Source: Bacteroidota bacterium (lineage in GTDB: Bacteria; Bacteroidota; Ignavibacteria; Kapaibacteriales; UBA2268). Taken from it: 59,967 nucleotides of DNA. Of the stretch, positions 54,522-59,967 are shown one piece after another. Made by a program: the position numbers and the translations under genes. Under the pieces are notes generated by a model. That model was given only the letters and a program-made list of their open reading frames with translations, did not search any database and was not told where the DNA came from. The first letter of the stretch is position 1. Every line of letters begins with the position of its first letter. The DNA is taken from positions 1 to 59,967 of the forward strand of contig JAKAKE010000084.1 in the NCBI GenBank assembly GCA_021824625.1. Direction: 5' to 3'.

Positions 54522-54657
54522 CACGACTTTTAAGTCGTGGATGGCTTGGATTTGAGTGGGGATTAATCCCTTAAAAAAGCATTCACCAATCTAAAGATTG
54601 GTGTTATTCTTATAAAATAATGATTATCATAATTTTATAAACCCATAATTATGGGTT
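54522..54657. other. Cluster of five short perfect or near-perfect palindromes in a divergent intergenic region
   Basis: CACGACTTttAAGTCGTG (54522-54539), GGGATTAATCCC (54559-54570), CACCAATCTaaAGATTGGTG (54584-54603), ATGATtATCAT (54620-54630), AACCCATAATTATGGGTT (54640-54657). Confidence 0.8.
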
Positions 54658-54748
54658 AAATATTTGTGAAAAATTGATTAAATTATACATAAATTTTTAT
54701 TCCTATATGGTTTCAATAAATCAAACTAAAGTGGTACATAGAAAAGAT

Positions 54749-57658
54749 ATGACAAAGTTTTTACTGATAGCTGTACTATTCTTTGCTATATCAGGAACAG
54801 TAAAGTCCCAGATTGAATATGCAAGTCCGGCGAACTGGCTTTTTCCGGATGGAAATCCCGAAGGCACTCATTGCCAGAAAATTGCTTCTCAACCACAGCC
54901 ATTAAACTACTTTGCAATCAAATGGTCATCATCAGCCATTGCAGGCGATGTTCAACCACTTGTCGGAAATATCATCAACAATTCAAAGTTGAATTCAGTT
55001 TATAGTTATGCCCCGAATGAAATCTGTGCTGTAATTGGCGATAAAATTGTTTTGCTCGATGCAACAGGAAAAAAGGTCGAGACTGAATTGCCGAAAACAA
55101 CATCCGGAATTAAATCAATTTCAATATTGTTTGACACGACTGATACATATATCAATTCAAGGCCCGGTAGTCTTCTTATTATGGGACTTGAAACAATGGA
55201 AGTCGAAAATCTCAGGGACAGCCTTGCTTTTTCTTATCTGGCAGGTTATGACCCTGTATTCAGGCAGTTCAAAATACTGAATCGTCTTGCATTAGATTTG
55301 CGTCCCTTCAATCCAAACATCTTTGCAAGCATAAAACCTGTTTTTGCGAAGAAAACAAATAACGAGGTTTCGATTTATTCTATAGTCAATATGAGCAAGC
55401 CTGATACAACGGCACCTGTAGCTCCATTCTTCAGGGGTATGGTTCAGTTTAATACAGGAAATATGATACAGGCATTCCCATATCCTGATGTAGGAGATAT
55501 CAATTCATCCAGAGTAATGCTCGGCCCTGAATGTCATCGTGGACAGCCGTCATTATCAACATATAGCTGGGGACTGAATATGCTTCTGCCTGTGTATCCT
55601 GCATTTAATTTAATTGATACCGTGCAAAGTAATGTGTTGATGACTTCAACAAAAACTGATAAACCTTATCTTGTTGGGTTGAATCTTACTGACACGGTAG
55701 TTTATTCAGGTGTTGGAGCAGTTCCTTTGAGCAGTTCAATACCATTAACAAGCTCAAGACCGTTTATTAAACCATACTATATAAATATTAATGACCAAAA
55801 TTCTTCGGATAGTATTTTCATTCTCATTGCCGAGCAGTACAACAATCTCGATAGCTCACACGGACAGGCAAGACTTCATCTGCTCAATACACAAGGAACT
55901 TTTCTGACATTGCCGATGGAACAAAATCCTGTTGATAATCCGTCTTTCAATGGAACTGATAATCATTACTGGTCTGTTGCTGTCGGTAATGTTGACGGAC
56001 TTATCACAAATTCCTGGTTCCCTTATTATCCGAATAATTTCGGCAACGAGCTTGTTGTAACCCAAAGTTCGAGAGACTTTGCTGTTGCTCAAAACAGGCT
56101 TTCAATAATTAGATATAACAGCGGAGCAAGACAGTTAAAACCCTCACCGCCTAACACATACTTATATCAATTTGACACATTATGCTCACAAAGAATCAAC
56201 GGTTGGGTTGCCGCAGTAAATGATTTAGACGGTGCCGCCGACAAAAAGGATGAAATCGTTCTCATTGACGGCTCGACGATGAGAATAATGAGAATGAGGG
56301 ATTATGCAGACCTTCAATTCCGTGCAGGCTTTCCTTTCGATACTGTTTTTACACATACATTCTTAGGGCAAACAATTTCAAATGCATGTATTGCCGATTT
56401 GGAAGGAGACGGATTAAATGACCTGATTGTAACTACTTTCGACAGCACTTATATTTTTGGAACAATACTTGCAAATGCTATTGATGTTGTTGAACCATTG
56501 ACAACAAACACTTATTGTGCAGGCGATACAGTTGTCATTCGTTGGGCAAATATAGTTAAGGACAGAAACGGAGTGAATATACTGTATAAGCCCCTTCCGG
56601 GATATTTCCCGAATGATACGACTATTACAATTCGTAATTCATATCCGAATACCGGTGTTACTGTCACATATCTTTATATTGTTGACAGTCTGACACTCGG
56701 TACTCAAGGCTACTTCATCGTAGAGAATGAATTTCAGAAACATGTCAAAGACAGTACTGCAATTCAGATATTCAACAAGCCACATCTTGATAGTTTACAG
56801 TTTAATAAGCGGGTATTTTTTCCCGGTGAAACTCTGACTGCAAGCGGTGTAGCACTTTGTGTTGATTCGATTGCATTGGAATACAAATACAGAAGCGATT
56901 CTGTCTGGACAAGAATGAATGTTATCACAGTTGGAAATAATCAGAATTTCAGTATAGATGCTGTTATTCCCTGTGTTAATTTTTTCCGATGCGAAAGTGT
57001 TGATGCAGATAGTTTATTGGATATTCAGCTTCTCGGAATTAAGGGAATATATACCGATACATCATTAGTCACAACGATAAGAATAAATCCTGTTCGATTC
57101 CCTGTAACAATTGACACTTGCACTTCAATATGCAAGGTAAGGTATTTTTCGTGGAATCCTGCCGGATTCCAATATGCCTGCGACAGCATGGGTATTTATG
57201 TTTCATACAATTGCACTGGAACATTCGAATTATTAGCAAATGTCGTATTATCAGACGGGCAGTATGAATGGGATTTACCTCTGAATCTTCCTGATTGTGT
57301 TACAATCAGATTCTGCTGTATCAATTCCTGCATCAGGTTTGATACAAATTTAACATTCAACCGTGTGCAGTACATAAATATTGTAGCTCCCAATCCATTC
57401 AAGCCGCCGCTTGAAACAGCAGATATTGTATATAAAGTGCCGGCAGAAACAAATGTTACAATCAGAATTATTGACCAGAATAATAGACTGGTAGCCGAAC
57501 TTGCGAACAGTAAATCTTGTTTGCCCGGTATTTCTTACTGTGAGAAATGGGATGGGACAATCTGGAACGGCTCTTATGCAGCTAACGGGATGTATTATGT
57601 CGTACTCGAAATGTCGAATGGAATAAAAGAAGTACATCCAATATTTGTTAGGAAATAA
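54749..57658 (+). CDS. Large secreted FG-GAP/VCBS-repeat protein with C-terminal FlgD-Ig-like domain
   Basis: Signal peptide 'MTKFLLIAVLFFAISGTVKSQ' from the ATG at 54749; the track start 54674 is a TTG. 'DLEGDGLNDLIVTTFD', 'NDLDGAADKKDEIVLIDG' and 'GNVDGLITNS' are FG-GAP-like. C-terminal 'APNPFKPP...VTIRIIDQNNRLVAEL...WDGTIWNGSYAANGMYYVVLEM' is FlgD-Ig-like. Confidence 0.6.
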   Translation: MTKFLLIAVLFFAISGTVKSQIEYASPANWLFPDGNPEGTHCQKIASQPQPLNYFAIKWSSSAIAGDVQPLVGNIINNSKLNSVYSYAPNEICAVIGDKIVLLDATGKKVETELPKTTSGIKSISILFDTTDTYINSRPGSLLIMGLETMEVENLRDSLAFSYLAGYDPVFRQFKILNRLALDLRPFNPNIFASIKPVFAKKTNNEVSIYSIVNMSKPDTTAPVAPFFRGMVQFNTGNMIQAFPYPDVGDINSSRVMLGPECHRGQPSLSTYSWGLNMLLPVYPAFNLIDTVQSNVLMTSTKTDKPYLVGLNLTDTVVYSGVGAVPLSSSIPLTSSRPFIKPYYININDQNSSDSIFILIAEQYNNLDSSHGQARLHLLNTQGTFLTLPMEQNPVDNPSFNGTDNHYWSVAVGNVDGLITNSWFPYYPNNFGNELVVTQSSRDFAVAQNRLSIIRYNSGARQLKPSPPNTYLYQFDTLCSQRINGWVAAVNDLDGAADKKDEIVLIDGSTMRIMRMRDYADLQFRAGFPFDTVFTHTFLGQTISNACIADLEGDGLNDLIVTTFDSTYIFGTILANAIDVVEPLTTNTYCAGDTVVIRWANIVKDRNGVNILYKPLPGYFPNDTTITIRNSYPNTGVTVTYLYIVDSLTLGTQGYFIVENEFQKHVKDSTAIQIFNKPHLDSLQFNKRVFFPGETLTASGVALCVDSIALEYKYRSDSVWTRMNVITVGNNQNFSIDAVIPCVNFFRCESVDADSLLDIQLLGIKGIYTDTSLVTTIRINPVRFPVTIDTCTSICKVRYFSWNPAGFQYACDSMGIYVSYNCTGTFELLANVVLSDGQYEWDLPLNLPDCVTIRFCCINSCIRFDTNLTFNRVQYINIVAPNPFKPPLETADIVYKVPAETNVTIRIIDQNNRLVAELANSKSCLPGISYCEKWDGTIWNGSYAANGMYYVVLEMSNGIKEVHPIFVRK

Positions 57659-57948
57659 ACGTTTACCTATTTATAAAGTATTAAATTATTATTTTTATAT
57701 AGTACGATTAATTTAAAATTTTCAATTTTTAATTTTCAGTGAATTTTTAATTTTAAATTTATAATTTGAAATAGACAATATATATAACAATTTACTAATA
57801 ATATTGGTTATGAAAATTATCAAATTTATTTATTTTAAATTCATTTTAAATTTCAAATTTTAAATTAAAAATTTCTTCAAAAATGCATCTAATGAATAAT
57901 AAATAAGCATATTGAATATTATGTAAGACAAATTGATAGTAATTAGTT

Positions 57949-58644
57949 ATGAGAATACTTGTAATTGAAGACGAAAAGAAAGTATCTAATTTCATAAAGC
58001 AGGGACTCGAGGAAGAAAGATACATTGTCGAAGTTGTCAATGATGGAGTTTCCGGCTTGGAAATGGCAATGAATAATCAATTCGACGCTATACTTCTGGA
58101 TGTGATGCTCCCGGGCAAGGATGGTTTTACAGTCCTGAGTGAACTTCGTGATGCCGGAGTTTCAACACCTATATTAATGTTGACAGCTAAAGGTACAACC
58201 GAAGACCGAGTGCATGGACTAGACCTCGGTGCAGACGATTACCTGCCAAAACCATTTAGTTTCGACGAGCTTGCAGCACGGTTACGTTCAATTCTAAGGC
58301 GTTCCAGCCCCGAAAAGACTACCAAGCTGAAATGCGGAGACCTTGTACTCGATACCGTTTCCCATCTTGCGTTCAGGTTTGGACAGGAAATCGAGTTGAC
58401 TACAAAAGAGTATGCTTTGCTTGAGTACTTGATTCGCAATAAAAACAGGATTCTCAGCCGCAGTACAATTACCCAGCATGTCTGGAAGCACAGCTTCGAC
58501 CCCGAATCGAATATTATTGACGTATATATCAAAAGACTCCGTTCCAAGATTGAACATGAAGACGGCTCCAAGCCTTTGTTGCAGAGCATTCGCGGCGTCG
58601 GTTACAGGATGAGAGATTTACATCATGAAAAAAACCACGCTTAA
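57949..58644 (+). CDS. OmpR/PhoB-family response regulator (CusR/CopR-like)
   Basis: Receiver 'MRILVIEDE...LLDVMLPGKDG...LTAKG...GADDYLPKPF' plus a winged helix 'LTTKEYALLEYL...DVYIKRLRSKI...IRGVGYRM'. No histidine kinase gene is adjacent. Confidence 0.85.
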   Translation: MRILVIEDEKKVSNFIKQGLEEERYIVEVVNDGVSGLEMAMNNQFDAILLDVMLPGKDGFTVLSELRDAGVSTPILMLTAKGTTEDRVHGLDLGADDYLPKPFSFDELAARLRSILRRSSPEKTTKLKCGDLVLDTVSHLAFRFGQEIELTTKEYALLEYLIRNKNRILSRSTITQHVWKHSFDPESNIIDVYIKRLRSKIEHEDGSKPLLQSIRGVGYRMRDLHHEKNHA

Positions 58645-58839
58645 TCTTTAGTGATAAGTGTGAAATGTTAAATGTTAAGTGCTGAATTGAAATTCTATTT
58701 AAATGATTGCTTATAACAATTATTTCTATATAACTCATTGATTGTTAAATTGAAAACATTAACCTCTTATTTTGATATTAAGAAAATAATTTTAAATGAC
58801 AGTTATTAAATTTAATAAACTGATTTTGTTGAGGGTTCA

Positions 58840-59721
58840 ATGAGTTATTTTTATTCAAAAATCAAATTTATTCTTATCTTAACATCCATTTACTTTCTTA
58901 CTTTTTCATGCAAGGAGAATACAACAAATCCTATTGATGAGAAAACAATCTATCAGGATTCAGGTAAAAAAGCATTAGTGATTATTGTCGAAAACAAGAA
59001 CCTGATTGCATTTTCAGATGAAAATATGTTCCGTTCATATAAAAGTGTAATTTTACCTCTTTTATCAGAATTGTTTGATGTACCCGATGATTCCCTGGAA
59101 AATTTAACATTAGCTGAAATTATCGAGAACTATGGCGAAACCTGGCAGGTGAATCAGATTGCCGATGCCGGTAAAAATTATTATGATAAAATAATTAAAC
59201 TAAACGATGAAACTGCAACAATCGCTTCTTTTCTCGATTCTCTTAAAAAACTCAGTTCGGATGGATATACAATTGACGTTGTACTGAATCTTCATGGCTC
59301 AATGACATCCCTGGTATTTACTGATACAGACATTGATATAGGTACATTAACTCAGACAATAGAATCAAATGGTATTGATATTCGTGCATTATATCAAACT
59401 GCCTGTTATGGAAAGTACGGATTAAATTTTTGGAATAACATCGGATTGTACGGTGCAAACGGTGCCGAAGATTTAAACAAAATAACATTATTTTCTGCCG
59501 CTTATTTTATAAGCGAATGGACATCCGGCAAAACTTATGAGGATGCAGTTTATTCCGCTTATCAATTAGAGATTCAAAAACTAAGAACATATAATAATAT
59601 TTTACCCGTTGATTTATATTTTCTCACACAGGAAACTTTGTTAAACAGCCTGCAGAGAGTGGCAGGCAGGGACACAAAAATTTTGTGGAAGAATGTACCG
59701 AAAAAGGATGTAATGTTTTAA
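58840..59721 (+). CDS. Lipoprotein with caspase-like (clan CD) His/Cys dyad; function unknown
   Basis: Lipobox-like 'FLTFSC'. A hydrophobic strand followed by 'IDVVLNLHGS', and a second strand followed by 'IRALYQTACYG'. The layout parallels the caspase pattern 'SHG ... QACRG'. Inference only. Confidence 0.4.
   Translation: MSYFYSKIKFILILTSIYFLTFSCKENTTNPIDEKTIYQDSGKKALVIIVENKNLIAFSDENMFRSYKSVILPLLSELFDVPDDSLENLTLAEIIENYGETWQVNQIADAGKNYYDKIIKLNDETATIASFLDSLKKLSSDGYTIDVVLNLHGSMTSLVFTDTDIDIGTLTQTIESNGIDIRALYQTACYGKYGLNFWNNIGLYGANGAEDLNKITLFSAAYFISEWTSGKTYEDAVYSAYQLEIQKLRTYNNILPVDLYFLTQETLLNSLQRVAGRDTKILWKNVPKKDVMF
59527..59690 (+). repeat. Direct repeat copy 1 (3' part of the lipoprotein gene)
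   Basis: Identical base-for-base to 59804-59967 by manual comparison, at an offset of 277 nt. Confidence 0.9.
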
Positions 59722-59725
59722 AAAT

Positions 59726-59788
59726 CCCTGTCAGGTGTTACACCTGACAGGGTTGTTAATTCCCTGTCGGGAGTAACTCCCGACAGGG
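59726..59788 (+). repeat. Two tandem 27-nt hairpins with identical outer stems and compensatory inner stems
   Basis: CCCTGTCAGGTG-tta-CACCTGACAGGG (59726-59752) and CCCTGTCGGGAG-taa-CTCCCGACAGGG (59762-59788), each followed by TTG. Confidence 0.85.
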
Positions 59789-59803
59789 TTGAAATGGATT
59801 TCA

Positions 59804-59967
59804 GGCAAAACTTATGAGGATGCAGTTTATTCCGCTTATCAATTAGAGATTCAAAAACTAAGAACATATAATAATATTTTACCCGTTGATTTATATTTTC
59901 TCACACAGGAAACTTTGTTAAACAGCCTGCAGAGAGTGGCAGGCAGGGACACAAAAATTTTGTGGAA
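59804..59967 (+). repeat. Direct repeat copy 2 (gene-fragment duplicate, runs off the window end)
   Basis: Exact copy of 59527-59690. The about 12 nt upstream are similar but diverged: GAAATGGATTTCA against GAATGGACATCC. Confidence 0.9.

Noticed and set aside
54615-54635. AAATAATGAT-T-ATCATAATTT as a Fur/Zur box controlling the ZnuA-like gene.
   Set aside because: It is not called as a feature. It only loosely resembles the 7-1-7 Fur-family consensus and lies about 200 bp from the znuA-like start. AT-rich dyads arise easily in this composition. It is kept only as a hypothesis inside the palindrome-cluster finding.
59726-59788. The two hairpins as integron attC sites flanking a gene cassette.
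   Set aside because: There is no recognisable R''/L''-L'/R' organisation or GTTRRRY core, no extrahelical bases, and no integrase nearby. The stems are perfect rather than attC-like imperfect.
1-59967. Looked for rRNA, tRNA, tmRNA, RNase P or SRP RNA genes, CRISPR arrays, transposases, integrases and phage genes.
   Set aside because: All intergenic regions are short or strongly AT-rich and lack tRNA-like GC-rich cloverleaf segments. There are no regularly spaced direct repeats with unique spacers. No ORF has recombinase or transposase motifs that I recognise.

Overview
AT-rich bacterial chromosomal window (about one-third GC by eye) with roughly 47 credible protein genes. I found no rRNA, tRNA, CRISPR array, transposase or integrase. 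Gene content points to an FCB-group organism, most like Ignavibacteria; this is inference only. The evidence is many secreted proteins ending in T9SS type-A sorting domains, an FlgD-Ig-type C-terminal domain, and an Alternative Complex III. Main blocks: (1) 3-7031 (+), five translationally coupled genes for T9SS-sorted hydrolase-like proteins. (2) 7256-22132 (-), a 15-kb respiratory supercluster: actA, a small TAT-motif ORF, actB, actC, a fused actD-actE, actF, a membrane cytochrome c, SCO, cox subunits I, III, IV and II, heme O synthase, and a polytopic membrane protein fused to a c551-like domain. (3) 22584-35036, housekeeping and secreted genes: DUF1573 protein, acyl-CoA dehydrogenase, YfhO-like protein, aspartokinase, orphan HicB, tricorn-like protease. 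(4) Two HEPN/nucleotidyltransferase toxin-antitoxin-like pairs, one with the HEPN gene broken in an A7 run. (5) A clear fluoride (crcB-motif) riboswitch with a terminator platform at 36088-36177, in front of a cation/H+ antiporter, an MFS transporter and a lipoate ligase. (6) Large T9SS cargo proteins, a CASTOR/POLLUX-like channel, Lnt, an S8 peptidase, PrsW, a DUF123 nuclease, an SDR, a ZnuA-like binding protein, an orphan OmpR-type regulator and a lipoprotein with a caspase-like His/Cys dyad. The least explained signals are non-coding. C-depleted 7-nt-periodic tracts start at or just after several stop codons. A composite repeat built around the palindrome GGGATTTAAAATTTTAAATCCC occurs twice. 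A MITE-like double-hairpin element occurs twice. There is a run of short perfect palindromes at 54522-54657. Two tandem hairpins with compensatory stem changes are followed by an exact 164-bp duplication of a gene 3' end at the window edge. All family assignments come from motif recognition by eye, not from searches.
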